Position numbers and translations under genes: made by a program. DNA of 63,352 nt, counting the filler, from Reticulomyxa filosa (taxonomy: Eukaryota; Protista; Foraminifera), in NCBI GenBank assembly GCA_000512085.1. It is 23 parts of 23 records of this genome, joined end to end, with 100 filler letters (N's around TTAATTAATTAA, not from the genome) between each part and the next. Parts side by side here need not be neighbours in the genome. Positions count along the whole stretch, not along the records: positions 38,692 to 40,122 come from ASPP01020684.1; positions 40,223 to 51,121 come from ASPP01018675.1; positions 51,222 to 52,255 come from ASPP01018963.1; 20 more parts are not named here. The stretch is one strand, 5' to 3'. Shown here in pieces: positions 38,729 to 51,975 of this stretch. Under the pieces are notes generated by a model. It was given only the letters and a program-made list of their open reading frames with translations. It searched no databases and was not told the origin of the DNA. Within the stretch, counting starts at the first letter, position 1. Each line of letters starts with the position of its first letter.

Positions 38729-39320
38729 GCCTTGCGAAACACAATTCAATGGTTGATTCTTTTTGACTGCTCTTTTATTTTCAGGTAAACAGCGTTGGCT
38801 AGGAACTGTTTGTGGTACCGACGGTAATGTTCGATTTGGTGGCGACACACAACCACTTTTGTTTTTGAGCAGTCGAGAAGAAGGAGATTGAGACACGAAC
38901 ATTTTATTACTTTTTCTATGTGCAGACAACTGGTTTGGGCCTTGGCTTGGACTTTGTTTTTGATTTTGATTTTGATTTTGGTTTTGGTTTTGAAGTTGAG
39001 GGGTCTTTTTCTCCAATTCTTTTTTTTCCTTTTCTTCATTTTTTTTTGTTTCTTGTCTTTCCAATCTTCCTTCATCATTGTCGTCTTCGCCTTCTCCTTC
39101 GATTTGATCAACCTTCCCATATACCGACTTCGATTGCTGCTCATCTTTTTTCCTGTTGGCTCGTTGCTTGGCCCTTTACGCTGGAATGGTACTTGTCTCC
39201 TCAGAGGCGATGAAAGCCTTTTACCAACTCCGATACTGTCTTGCGCAACTGCATTCTCACCTATGTCATCAAACGGGTGTGGATGGGATTTCTTTACTCA
39301 CTGCTTGACTCCAAAGATGA
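38692..39320 (-). CDS. Low-complexity K/E/Q/N-rich hypothetical protein, partial
   Basis: ORFs 38636-39064 and 38746-39144 with QN repeats; the correct frame is uncertain. Confidence 0.35.
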
Positions 39321-39661
39321 GCCACAGAGATTGAAGGAGGGAGAGAAAAAAGAGGGACATATTGATACTTTTCAAATTTTGTGCCATGAGTGCCTGATAC
39401 GTTTTACTCATTGATCCCAGGAAAAAAAAAAGGGGAGAAAGACTGTGCTGTGATTAACTGGCACTTGTGTCCGTGATATCATAAAATTGTGTTCAATGAT
39501 GAAAATGCTGTGTTCGAAACATAACAAGCGAAAAAGGTTCAAATTAATACAGAAATCTTTCCGATTTGTATTGCGAATAAGAGAAACAAACAAGCAAAAA
39601 AAAAAATTTGCACTTTTTTTTTTTTTGCAGAATGTATGGCAAAGTATGAAAGATCGTTCTT

Positions 39662-40085
39662 TTACAATAATTCATTAAAGTATTGAAGCCCTTGTCCCAA
39701 TTCCCAAATGGCAACACCGACCCCGAAATGCTTTGCTAAAGCAAGCTTTATCGCAATTGAGTATAAAGTCGGATACCAAATTTTTTTTTGTTGTTTCGAG
39801 TTATACAAAACATGTTCTTTGTAGTCCTCATTCCATAGCCATTGCCAGTCGTTTTTGTCAGCAGCTTCGTCGATGAACTGTTTTAAAAGCACTTCATAAG
39901 TGACAATAAATTGTTCACGATCTGCTTTAGCATTGTCATCGATAATGGTCTGCATTGCCCCTTCGCCAGTGGTCGGTTTGCTGTTGTTGTATCCATAGCC
40001 GTAGAAATTTATTCCCAGCAGCAGCTTACTCATTCCTTGCGCATTCAAATGCAATTCTGATCTTCCAGTTGCAAGGATTTGTTCT
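39662..40085 (-). CDS. CHID1: Chitinase domain-containing protein 1 (GH18-like), 3' end
   Basis: 'KLLLGINFYG...WYPTLYSI..KLALAKHFGVGVAIWELGQGLQYFNELL' matches the CHID1 C-terminus. Confidence 0.85.
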
Positions 40086-41843
40086 ACCCACTATATACAT
40101 ATATGTATGTGTATGTGTATGTNNNNNNNNNNNNNNNNNNNNNNNNNNNNNNNNNNNNNNNNNNNNTTAATTAATTAANNNNNNNNNNNNNNNNNNNNNN
40201 NNNNNNNNNNNNNNNNNNNNNNCATTTTTATTATTTTTGAAAATGATTACGCATTGATCACATTCTGAAAATGATTTTAAAAAAGTTGTCAAATTTCATT
40301 GTTACGACATATGCAAGATTGTCAACTTTCTATCGAAAGTCTTCACTAGCTTCAGTAAATTATCATTATTACACATTATCCTACATACAAATGAACAAAA
40401 GCCATTTGCGAATAAATCAAATTGTACTTTTGCGCAATGCGTTTGCTAAATACTCAAGAAATGCCAGTGTTATTGCAGTCATTAGCTTCTTGCTGAACGC
40501 TACGATATAGCCAGATTCTAAAGTTACTGTTTGTACTTCGTCCAAGCCAATCTTGAAACTAGTCTGTCGCCATTCGACTAAAGCGACTTTGTTGTTACTC
40601 TTGAGCCATTGGACCGTTGTGTTTGCTTTTTTTGATTAATGTCAACAAGTTATTTCAAAGAAATAAACATATAATTATCTTCCGCTGGATCAAACTAAGT
40701 GTATTTCGCAAACTAGTTCGCTGGCTTAAAATAATAATAAGTGATTTTATAGACATTGTTTGTCGCTGTTGAAACATCAGCTTTTTGTATAATTGAGAAC
40801 ATGCATGTAGTCACAAATGTAAAAGTATAAAAATGGCTAAGTTCGTTTGGAATTCGTTTAAGTCTACGTTTAATTCAACGCTAAATCGCAAAGTTATGTC
40901 ATTGTGGAGATAACTTTCGAAATTAATTTGTTCAAATATAGTTTGGCAATTCGCAATTGTTTTTGGCATATCACGTATATTGATTCATTATCTAACAATA
41001 AAGAAACTTCATTGTGGTCCAATAACCAGTTAGTCACCAACAACACATTATATTGTTCTAATATGCACGTGACAAGTTTGTTGACTTGTAAATATCAAAG
41101 ACTAATTTCGGTTTTATACTGTAGTCAACTGCCAAACGATATGTTTTTTATCTTTGCATAGAAGGTCCATTGTTAATTATCAACAAATTAAAACAGCAAG
41201 TAACAAAGTGCAACTGACTATGACGACTATCTTAACTCACATACTTATTCCAAAATATAAGAAGCTACAAATGAAGTTTCTTCCCAAAAAATTTTACTCA
41301 TTCTAACTTTGTTTTCTGGTCGTTTTATTCGTTATATCTATTTTGTTTTTTTGTGAAAAGTTCGCTCTACAGTAAAAAAAGACTACTTTTGTTATAAATT
41401 GATACTTTCACTTTTATTTTCTTTTTCGTAAATTTGAGCTGATGTGGATACGTTAAAAAAAATTGTCCTTTCTTTTTTACCGGACAAAAAGTTATCTATG
41501 CTATCAACAATGGAAAAATTGAGCTCTTCAACTCACTGTTTTTGATTTGAATGTCCAAGACTCAAGAAACAAAACCAAACAAAAAAGGAGATTTTAAAAT
41601 ACATGAGGTACAACTGTTCTATGTGTAAGTTCCCGAATGGCAAACAGGGAAATGGAAGTTTTGTGATTCTCCAGATTATCCAGAGAAGTAAGAAATGAAA
41701 CAATAAGCCATTTGAAAATGTATGCTATTGGTAATTTGTTTATCTAATGATAGCGACAAGAAAGTATTATTTATTAAAAAATTAGGTTTGTTTTTTTGTT
41801 GTTGTTGGCATGGCGAAGAGGAGAAGTGAGAGACTAAAAGTAT

Positions 41844-44746
41844 CTATTTTTTTGTTTGTTCATCGACATTTTGATCGGAGGTTTGAGATTGTTCAGTTTT
41901 TTGTTCTTTTGCTTGTTTTTGTTGCTCTTTTTGTTTTTGAAGTAGCTCTTCTTCAGATCCGTACTTTTGAGCAAATTCCTTGGTGTTGACTAGATAGTCC
42001 TTGTAGGAATCATTTTTAAATGGTCTTTCACCAAGAACGGTAACCAAATCATCATGTCCCAAAGTCTCAATTTCCAACAATTTGGAGGCTAATTTGGCGA
42101 CCAAGTCTTTCTTTTGTGTCAGTAATTGATAAGTTTCTTGATACGCTTTCGTAACCAATTGAGCGGCTTCTCTGTCAATAATTTCAGCCGTCTTCTCCGA
42201 GTATGGTCGATACGTTTGAATGCCGTCGTTTTGTTCCGGAGGAAATGACAAGTGTCCAATTGTGTCATTCATGCCGTAAATGACGATTTGGCTGTATGCA
42301 ATTTTGGTGACTTTGTTTAGGTCGTCAGCAGCGCCAGTGGATATATTTCCGAAAAATATCTCTTCCGCAATACGTCCTCCCAAAGCCATACAAATCATAT
42401 GATACAATTGTTCCGAGTTATATAATTGGAGTTCCTTGGGTAAGTATTGGGCAAAGCCGAGAGCTCCGCTTGCACGAGGAATGATCGTTACTTTCAGTAA
42501 TGGGTCCGCATTTTCTAAAAACCACCCTGCGACTGCATGTCCAGCCTCGTGATGGGCAATAAGCGATCTTTTTTTTTTTTTTTTTTTAAAAAGGATATAT
42601 AAATATATGACTCAAATATACACATATAAATATATACATATATATTATATATACATATATATATATATATATGTATATATTTGAATCAAACCTTTCTTTT
42701 GGACTCATAACGGTACGCTTTTCCAAGCCACCGATGACACGATCATTAGCCTCGTAAAAGTCCAGCAAGCCAACACTATCTTTGTTTTTGCGTGCAGCAC
42801 GCAGAGCGGCCTCATTGACGACATTGGCAATATCGGCGCCGGTGAAGCCGGGCGTGAGAGTGGCCATGCGTTGTGCGACGTCTTCGATGGGTTGTTCCAG
42901 TTTGATTTTTTTGCAGTGGACTTTGAAGATTTCGATGCGACCTTTGATATCGGGTTTTTCGATTTGAATTTGGCGATCGAACCTGCCGGGACGAATTAGA
43001 GCACTGTCCAAGATATCGGCACGATTGGTGCCAGCAAGCACGACAATGCCAGTGTCACTTTTGAATCCATCCATTTCCACGAGCAATTGATTGAGCGTGT
43101 TTTCCCGTTCGTCGTTGCCCCCAGCAAAGCCGCCTTTTGCACGTTTGCGTCCAACGGCATCGATTTCGTCGATGAAGATGATGCAAGGTGCATTTTGGCG
43201 TGCTTCTTCGAACAGATTGCGAACGCGAGAAGGGCCGACGCCGACAAACATTTCGACAAAGTCACTGCCACTAATACTGAAGAACACACATTCGGCCTCG
43301 CCAGCGACAGCACGTGCGAGCAGAGTTTTGCCAGTGCCAGGGGGTCCTACGAGCAGAGCCCCTTTGGGAATCCTGGCACCTAACTTGGTGTAATGTTCCG
43401 GGTTTTTCAAAAACGACACAAACTCCATGATTTCCTCTTTGGCCTGCTGTAGGCCGGCGACGTCGCTGAATTTGGTCTTGACTTTCTCGCCTTTGTTGAT
43501 GACCTTGGCGTTGGGACGAGCAATGTCAAAGATGCTGCGACCACCACCACCACCACCACCACCACCGCCAAAGGGAGGAGGAGGACGAGGAAAACCACCG
43601 ACGCCAATGTTGTCTTGCATTTTGCGAAGAGTTCGAAACATGAGAAAGAGAATCAACACAGTCAATATTGGCCCGCTCGTCAATACGTCGTATGCACTTT
43701 TCTTCACGTCAATCTCTTCCACGTATTCCACAGGCACCCATTCATTTGGTGGCAAATCCATGTCCTCTTGGGCCATCACCAACTTATTTTCAAAGGCCGA
43801 TAAGGTGCCAATACGGAACTCGTACACCTTGTCTGGTGAATACCGACCGTACACACTATCCCTTGGCTTGCTCTTCCCGTCGTACGTCTCGTCCACGCGA
43901 CTCTCTGCTGTCAACGACTTCTTCAGGTGCACGCGTGCCTTCTCTTTGTTCACAATCTCCACGTGGTCCACGATACCCGCCTCCAACATGTGCACTTTGA
44001 ACTGCTGGAACGATATCTCGTCCTCGTTCTTCGTGTACGTGTAATTCGGACCGAACAAGTACCAAAACACTGATAGTGTTAACAGTAGCTTCACCCAAGG
44101 AATATCTTCTCCTCCTCCTTTGTTTTCACTTTTTTGTTGCTCTTTTGCTGACCCGCTCGACTTTTCTTTCTTTGATGACTTCTCGCTCTTTGCTAATTAT
44201 TTATATACATATACATATATATATATATTTATATAAATATATATGCATATAATTGCTTGTTTGAATGCCATTGCCAATTCTTTGAAAATTATTTTTTTTA
44301 TAAATGGAAATGCTACAAAACAAACTGCTTGATGAAGTCTCGCCCGTCTTTGGAGATGACTTTGATTCGTTGCTGCTCGCTTGCTTTGGTGACGAACTTG
44401 GTTTTTCTTTCTCTTCCGCATCCGCTTTTTCCGGAGATTTCGGGGACCCTGCTTTCTTCTTTTCAAACTTCTCAAAGCCTGCTGGCTTTAGCTTCAATGC
44501 CATTGCTGTCAGGTACTCCCAGCCAAAAGTACCTTGCTGCAATCTCGGCTCCACTTGCTTGCAATCTCTTCCTTCCCAACTCTCTAGTGTTCCGCTCATC
44601 TCCGGCTTGCTATTTGTGCTTTGGCTTTTTGTTGCCGAATAGGGCAAATTATACCGCCATAATCGAGGTCCTAAATGTTGTGGAGTCCTCACGGACCCGA
44701 CAACACCCAAATTGCTTCGTATATGACAACGAGCCAACTTATACAT
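41844..44746 (-). CDS. AFG3: Mitochondrial m-AAA metalloprotease, AFG3/paraplegin (FtsH) family
   Basis: Walker A GPPGTGKT, Walker B FIDEID, SRH '[19 protein letters not shown]', HEAGH zinc motif (about 42538-42552) and 'GGRIAEE...STGAADDL'; multi-exon. Confidence 0.92.
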
Positions 44747-45180
44747 CTTTTTCACCTTTTTTTATATCCAAATTTGTTAATGAAATAAAAAGACCCCGTT
44801 CTCAGTCGGATTAAAAAAAAATTTGTCGAGCTATTGACCATCTTGAATGTTTGCAATAAGACCTTGGTCGCCTTTTTTTTTCTTCCACGCTATAAAATGG
44901 AAAGGAAAAAAACAATGTTGGGGTTGGAGAGAAGACTGATTCAATATGCCACGTTATGTGTGACAAACCAAAAACATTGCAGAGGCAAGGATTGCCTTCG
45001 ATGGCTGGGGAGCGATAAGACACAGAACGATTTTTTTATCCAAATAGATATATGTTTACGATAATTATATATGTAAATTTTTTTTTCCTTTTTGAAAAAG
45101 AAGAAAGGATTTAATTTCGATTTAAACAATTGAAAAGAGGCGCCGTTCGGCTTTTTCACTCTCTGTTTTCGATAGCTGGG

Positions 45181-45532
45181 TTATTGCTTTGACAAGTGAT
45201 GAGTGTCTTGAGTGGATTTGTTCTCGGAAGAAATTAGAATATGAGAAGATGCAACATTATCATTATCGTAACAAGATGTGGGGGTTGTATGTGTGAAGTC
45301 CATTTCAATTTCAATGATTTTGTTTTTTTCTAAGCCTGCGTTGATTTCAGTATTATTTTCGTGCAGCCTTTTTGTCGTTCGATCTTCTTCAGTTTCAGTT
45401 TCAGTTTCAGTTTCAACTTCAATTTCTGTTTCTGTTTCAACTTCCTCTTCATTATTATTATTATTACCATCGTCATTATCATCACCTTCTTCTTCTTCTT
45501 CCTCCTCCTCCTCCTCTTCATCGTCCTCTTCC

Positions 45533-45563
<31 letters not shown>

Positions 45564-45660
45564 CACCACGTGCTAATTCCACTTTTTCATCGCCATTGCC
45601 ATCGTCATCATCGTCATCATCATCGTCATCATTATCATCATCATTATCATCGTCATTATT

Positions 45661-45696
<36 letters not shown>

Positions 45697-46838
45697 GTCA
45701 TCATCGTCATTATCGTCATTGTCATGACCATTGCCATCAACACCATCATGACTCCCCCGTGGTATTCTTCGGGGTCGCGTTGCTCATGATCGTGCACCTG
45801 TATCATATGCATATTGGTGTAATAAGAACGCAGGTCTTTGCACGTGGCGAGGAAGAAGACGAGGAGCAAGATGATGGCGATGGCGGCGCCGAGCACATTC
45901 CAGCCCATGATATGATACGTGACATTGGAGACGAGGAGGACGTATTCCATCTGCAGGAACTCGTACGTGCCATGAAAGAAGATCGGCTTCCATCCCATGC
46001 GTAGCCACGAGTACTTGTCGTACGCGCCAAAAAGCTCGCGTTTGGACAGCTCGAGTCCCCAAATGACTCCGAGCAGCGCGTGGAATGGGATGGTGATGCA
46101 AATGCGCAGCACCAGCAGCCACATTTGCGACAAAAACGACGCGTCCCCTGCATACAGACATACGTATACTACCGCTTCGATGCTACCAAAGCCACTGCCG
46201 ACTGCCATTCCCATTAGCAAGAAATTCATGAAATGGCCGGATACATGCAAATGGATATGGAAAGGTAAGTATAGCTTGCAACAATGTTGTAAGATGAATG
46301 CCTTGGTAGTCTCCTCAATGAATCCTGCAATAAAGTAACTATTCAACAACAAAAAGATATGTACTGGAATATCGTGCTGATAATTGCCAAAATCATTTTC
46401 TCGTAAACTATTAATCTTTGATTCTTTTGCTCCGCTTTTTGCCAGTCCGAAAAATATCAATACCTCGACCAATCCTACTATGCTCTCCCACATTAATGCA
46501 AACAATCCTCCTCCGAAAAAACTATGACTGAACGCTTGGAATGCGTCCATGTCGATCGTCGGTCCACAACCCCAGCCTGTCACCAACTTCATCAGCTTCT
46601 TTGCACTGTAGTACAGACCTATTGCGGATGCGATTGTCGCAGGATAAAATATTGTGTTCCAATAACGACGGCTACGCAGACCCACATACACCACCGACAC
46701 AAAGTAAAACAAAAGGTACAAACACAACCAAAAGATTTTATTCGCTTTGTGCGGTGGACCAAGAGGGGTCCTCGCTGGGCCATATGGAGATGACCGATGT
46801 CGTGCGCGGATCACTCCGCTTGGGAAACAATAGTCCAT
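45181..46838 (-). CDS. PrsW-family intramembrane glutamic protease with an acidic C-terminal tail (frameshift at G5 run, about 45755)
   Basis: Motifs 'GFIEETTK', 'GSGFGSIE', 'LRICITIPFH' and 'FFHGTYE' in a multi-TM protein; the tail continues as GSHDGVDGNGHDNDD... in the frame of ORF 45181-45582. Confidence 0.8.
45460..45725. repeat. Imperfect trinucleotide (CAT/CGT)n and (CTT/CTC)n tract encoding poly-Asp/Glu on the minus strand
   Basis: Visible directly in the sequence. Confidence 0.9.
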
Positions 46839-47110
46839 GCTACAACTGTTGCAAAGGTTGTCTCAACAAAGGAAAAAAAGTCCACTTTCAACGTTTACGT
46901 TTCCTTTGGTACAGCGTGCAAACAACGCCAAACCGAACAAAAATTTTAAACAATTCTCAAATATAAACACCAAGTGGATTGTCGAATGTCACTTGCACAT
47001 ATGCACGATTTGTCAAAAAAGAAAAAGACGCGAGGGGCCTGAATAAAGGAACGCTGCCTCTTCTTGCCCAAAAAAAAAAATTGAAAAACGATATATAAAT
47101 AATTAAAAAA

Positions 47111-47693
47111 ATGTTTCGAACATCAGCCGGCAGCATAGGAACAATGCTTTATGGAAATGAGAGGAAGTCCTCTTATGCAAGGTCACGTGCCAGTATGAGC
47201 AGACGTCCCTCGATCAACGATCAAAAACTGAAAGAAATTCGGATTGACTTGGACCACGCCAACATGCAACTGAAGGTAGAAGAGGACCGAGTGAATGAAT
47301 TAGAGAAGAGCTTGAGTTCATTAGTTGCGGAGAAGTATCGAAGTGACTCTGCATTGATTTCCAGGCTTCGCGAATCATTGGATCATTTGCGATTGCAATT
47401 GGCATTGAGTTTTATTTTTCTCCTTTTTTTTTTTTGAAAAAAGAGGGACATGAAAGGGAGGAAAATTTTTGTGATAAAAATAAAAATACCAAAAAGTAAC
47501 GGAGAGCAAACAACAATTGGCAAGTGCAACAGCAGCAGAGATGGTACGTTTGCGTGACGTGATACGATTGTTGACGGATCAAATATTCGAGCTGACACAT
47601 GAAGAGCCAACAATTCGAACATTTGGAGATGCAAAATCGTTGGAAGAGGCCAAGCAACAACACAAAAACGTTGAGAGAAAAAAAACGAATTAA
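47111..47693 (+). CDS. Coiled-coil exons, possibly the N-terminus of the downstream FKBP gene
   Basis: ORF 47111-47437 is heptad-like; GT donor at about 47408. Confidence 0.4.
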
Positions 47694-47950
47694 ATGAACA
47701 AATAAATTAAAAGATCCTTGTTTTTTTATTTTTGTTTTTGTTTTCGCAAATATATTTAATTATTACAAAAAAAAAAAAAATTATATTTTGCGACAACTTT
47801 GCACACTATTTGTGATGCATACATAAAATATATTAATACTAATATGTCATATACATACATATACATATATATTATGTATAAAAAGTTCGAAATGTGTGTT
47901 TATGAAAAAAAAAAACAAAGAAAAATAAAAATGACGAGAATAACGATCCT

Positions 47951-48998
47951 TTGACAGACGGATTGGACAAAGAAGATGAAGAGAAGGCGATAATAGATAA
48001 CACATTTGATCGGACAACCCCAGGACAAGGTACTCAAAAAATAACGCGTAAAAATGTGATCAGAAATGAACTATTTCGTCCCAAACATATCGAACAACAT
48101 CCATTTCCGCATGTCAATAACCGTGCTATTCATTTGATCACTTTCAAACAAGGGGATCAACAGACCTATCCGCAGGCTTATTCAACTGTCCATCTGCTAT
48201 ACACTGGTTATATTTATGCGCCATCCAATTCAAATTCTCAAGAACCAACTGACCGCGAGTTTTTTTTTATTCATATATTTATTATATACATACATATATG
48301 TATATGTGTTCATACATATCTTACTATATCTGCACATGCATAAGCCCCTATCATGACACTTTTTTTTCTTCCTACAATTTTGTGTACATCTTAATAACAT
48401 TGAAAGATAGGAACACTTTTGTGAATAATTGGTCTTTTTGTGTACGTATGTGCGACAATATTGTAGAGACAGGGTGCCTTCGAATTGGCAACGTTTCACA
48501 GACCCTTCTACAACTGATACCATCAGTGCAACACCCTTAGGAATTGGACAGAATATATCGGGAATCGAACACGCTGTAATGCGAATGAGTGTCGGACAAA
48601 GAGCTCGAGTTTATGTTCCAAGTCGATTGGCCTATGGCTCATATGGGGCAAAAGAGTTAATTCCGCCCAATGCTGATCTAATATTTGATCTGCATTTGAT
48701 CGCAATACACAGTCCACTCAACAATGACGAGGCTAATGTTGCCATGCTGAAAGAACCAAACAGCGAAAGCGAAAATGAACATGCTGTTGAAAATGATGAG
48801 AACGATAACATCATAAATAATTTGTCCAATGGAGTTATCAACTCGTATGATAATGTAAACAATCAGCCCTTTGCCGCTAGCGAAAAATTTATAACACAAG
48901 AAATTCACGAACAAAACAGAAAACCGTTAGAAAATCTTTTAGCAGAGGACAATAGCGGCGGCCATTCTTTGTTGGATGAACCAACAGAAGATCTTTAA
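47951..48998 (+). CDS. FKBP-type peptidyl-prolyl isomerase domain protein
   Basis: 'FKQGDQQTYPQAYSTVHLLYTG' and 'LGIGQNISGIEHAVMRMSVGQRARVYVPSRLAYGSYGAKELIPPNADLIFDLHLI'. Confidence 0.88.
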
Positions 48999-49827
48999 AA
49001 CTTGTGTCTTTTTTTTGTTTTCCACAGTTTATTAAAAATGAAGAATTGTATAGACAATCAGTTTTGGGTACCGTTTCCTATGTCTTTAAAGAAAAACAGC
49101 AATGGTACCATTGAATGCTTTTTTTTTGGGTACTTTTTGTGTCGTCAAAATTGTATGTTTCATTGAAGATATCCAAAAAGGCTCTTGTTCAGCTACAAAA
49201 GCAATCCCATCGACTCGTTTATTCTATAAAGCGAGAACTAGTTTTTTTTTAAACCTACAGCGAAACTGTTGGGCTTGAAAACAAGCAATTAATCAATTAC
49301 TTGCAATATAGCTTTCCAGTGCAATCTAAATAGCGCATAGACCACTGTGCCCTGGATAAATAAGTTCTTCCCCTTTTGATAACGTTTGATTTTCTTTTCC
49401 CTTGTGTCAAACTTGAAAATTTGTCTTACTTTTAAATCAAGAGAGTAAAACATTTTTCCTCATTTTTTAACTTGTCGAGCGAGTGCGCGGATGAAAAACA
49501 AACAGAAAGAAAGATCAAATAAAGAGGGAAAAAAAAGAATCAGTATATCAAGCAATGGCCAAAATGGAGGAATAAAATTGCTTTTTATATGTGTCCAACC
49601 AGCAAAATCTACGTTTTTTTTTAGGATAATTGACACTGATGGACACGACACACAACGTAAAAAAATTCCAATTTAAAAAAAAGAAAACACACAAAAAAAA
49701 TTTCAAACATTGTTACTTCTGCTTGAACTATTGAATTTTTGCATTTTTTTTTTGCTGAACCAAACCATGCACCATAATTTTCTCTACTCTTCGCTTTTAT
49801 TCATCTTCCACGTAGGAAAAAAAAAAA

Positions 49828-51120
49828 TTAATTTTGTTGTGGAGCACAATCAGGACAAAACCACTTTGCAGAATCTGGAAGTTGTGTCAGTCCTACACAC
49901 TGCAAGTGAAAGGCATGTGGACAAGCATCGCACAATAGGAGTTCACCTTTTCGGTTACAACGATGACATATGTTTTCACTTGTGTCATTTTGAATCAAGC
50001 CACAAATGTCCAAAAATTCAAACGCATTGTAAACGCATTGGGATTGAGCCAGTTTTTTTTTTTCCAGAGATTGACAATAGACCCCAGGCAAAGTGATTAA
50101 ATCATTGTGTATGCTCCAACGATGATGAGAGTTTTTTTCATTGACTTTCATTCCAGTTGGAATGAGCCCTTCATTGAGAGAAGTAATGAGTTCTTTCATT
50201 GTAAAATTCTTGGTGCCCAATTTGCACAGGCTCGTTTTTAACGGATCTTGAGTGCATTTGACGCGAATGCGCGTTATATTGCCGTCACTTTTGGGAGTAA
50301 CGATTTCATATTGACAAGGAAGGATGGGATAAGGTGGAGTATTGTATGACGTATCAGTTTTTTTGATGCGTTTGTATCGACTGGACTTGGGTTTGCTTCT
50401 TTTGCGTTTATTTTTGTTGCTTTCATTGCTATTTTTTGTATTTTTAGCAGCACTAATGTTCTTGGCCTTGCTCTTGGGCTTTGCTTTACTTTTGCTTTTG
50501 TTCTTGCTCTTGCTCGTGTTTTTGCTTTTGCTTTTACTTTTGCTTTTGCCGCTGGCCTTATTTTTGCTCTTGGTTGCGCCTTTGCTCTTGGGCTTGCTTT
50601 TGTTTGTGCTCTTAGTCTTGCTCTTTGTGTTTTTTGCTTTACTCTTACTTTTGCCTTTATTTTTGTTGTTGTTATTAGTATTGGTATTGTTATTATTATT
50701 GTTATTGTTGTTGTTGTTGTTGTTGTTGTTGCTGCTACTGCTTTTGTTTTTGCTTTTGGTATTGCTCTTCGTATTGACTTTGCTGTTGGATTTTGATCCA
50801 CTTTTGCCTTTGACCTTGTTGCTTTTGCCTTTGCTTTTACTTTTGCCTTTGCTTTTGGTTTTGGCTTTCTTGCCGCTGCTGCTGCCACTACGTGCAACGG
50901 ACTTGATTTTTTCAGCTACTTTGTTTGAACCGGCAGCTACCTTCTTTCGTTTTGGATTGGGTGTAGATATATTGTCCCCTTTTTGAGTAGCTGTCTCCTC
51001 GGAGTCATCCTCGTCATCACTCTCATTCTCGCTATCTTCATCGCCATCCTCATCGTCGTCATCATTGTCATCGTCATCGTCCTCGTCACTGTCATCATCG
51101 TCGTCATTCTCGTCGTCATC
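49828..51120 (-). CDS. PHD-finger protein with acidic and Lys/Ser-rich low-complexity region, 5' partial
   Basis: C4HC3 'CHRCNRKGELLLCDACPHAFHLQC...WFCPDC'; the frame was open upstream in the segments translated by hand, towards the contig edge. Confidence 0.88.
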   Translation of the reverse strand, partial: DDDENDDDDDSDEDDDDDNDDDDEDGDEDSENESDDEDDSEETATQKGDNISTPNPKRKKVAAGSNKVAEKIKSVARSGSSSGKKAKTKSKGKSKSKGKSNKVKGKSGSKSNSKVNTKSNTKSKNKSSSSNNNNNNNNNNNNNNNTNTNNNNKNKGKSKSKAKNTKSKTKSTNKSKPKSKGATKSKNKASGKSKSKSKSKNTSKSKNKSKSKAKPKSKAKNISAAKNTKNSNESNKNKRKRSKPKSSRYKRIKKTDTSYNTPPYPILPCQYEIVTPKSDGNITRIRVKCTQDPLKTSLCKLGTKNFTMKELITSLNEGLIPTGMKVNEKNSHHRWSIHNDLITLPGVYCQSLEKKKLAQSQCVYNAFEFLDICGLIQNDTSENICHRCNRKGELLLCDACPHAFHLQCVGLTQLPDSAKWFCPDCAPQQN

Positions 51121-51419
51121 GNNNNNNNNNNNNNNNNNNNNNNNNNNNNNNNNNNNNNNNNNNNNTTAATTAATTAANNNNNNNNNNNNNNNNNNNNNNN
51201 NNNNNNNNNNNNNNNNNNNNNCACACTCTTTGCACCATCTGGGAACATACGTCTGCTCGATCATCTGTTACTTGTGGTAGTTCGCGCATGTGTGCATTTA
51301 ATTTGTTCATTGTCTTTGTATGTTCTATAATTACAGCTTCTTCAGCATTGTTCAATGATTCCAATGGTGGAAGTGACATATTCAATGGTTCCAACGACGG
51401 ATGTGTCTTGTCCGTTGTA

Positions 51420-51975
51420 TCAAAAGGTGGTAACCGTTCTGCTGGCCCAACTGCCCGATTTGGCTGGTCTACTGGTTCCAAAGGTGGAACTTTTTGTTCT
51501 GACTATGTTTCGAATTCTTTGTTCTCGTTTTCCATGTACAACATCCGCAACTTCGACACTTGTACAACCATGTTCGTCCTTAATCTTAAGAGTTACTGGG
51601 CCCATGCGTTGACTAATTGTATAAAGGCCAACGAATTCTGTCAACAATTTTGATTTGTTACATACTATCTGGTCCCCTACGAATAATAAAACAGAATCGC
51701 ATATTTCAAAACTATATCTTATACGCTTGAGGTTGTATTTTCTTTGTGCCAATAATGCTCCATCGCTAACAAATTGCATTTGTTTTTGTAGAGTACAGTT
51801 GTACTCATGCAATGGATCATGCGATGACTCATGTATTTTCTCGTCTCCTTTTTTTACCAATTGCAATTTTACATCGGGTACCATGTGAAATTTTTCACCA
51901 TATACCAACTCATGAGAACTCGCCTTTGGCATTTTGTTGGGTGTCACTTTGTGAGAGGCAACGATTGTTTACAGG
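51420..51975 (-). mobile_element. Degenerate Ty3/Gypsy LTR-retrotransposon integrase C-terminal region
   Basis: 'HKVTPNKMPKASSHELVYG' (compare YNTTPHSTTGxSPFELVYG) and GPY/F-like 'KSKLLTEFVGLYTISQRMGPVT'. Confidence 0.65.

Noticed and set aside
45372-46004. His-rich and Ser-rich plus-strand ORFs and the poly-Met tail of ORF 45573-46838
   Set aside because: Alternative-frame and antisense readings of a trinucleotide tract that encodes poly-Asp/Glu.
50274-50986. Leu-rich 'membrane protein' (plus) and histone H1-like AK-rich ORF (minus)
   Set aside because: Shadow frames of the Lys/Ser-rich region of the PHD gene, whose frame continues into the PHD finger.
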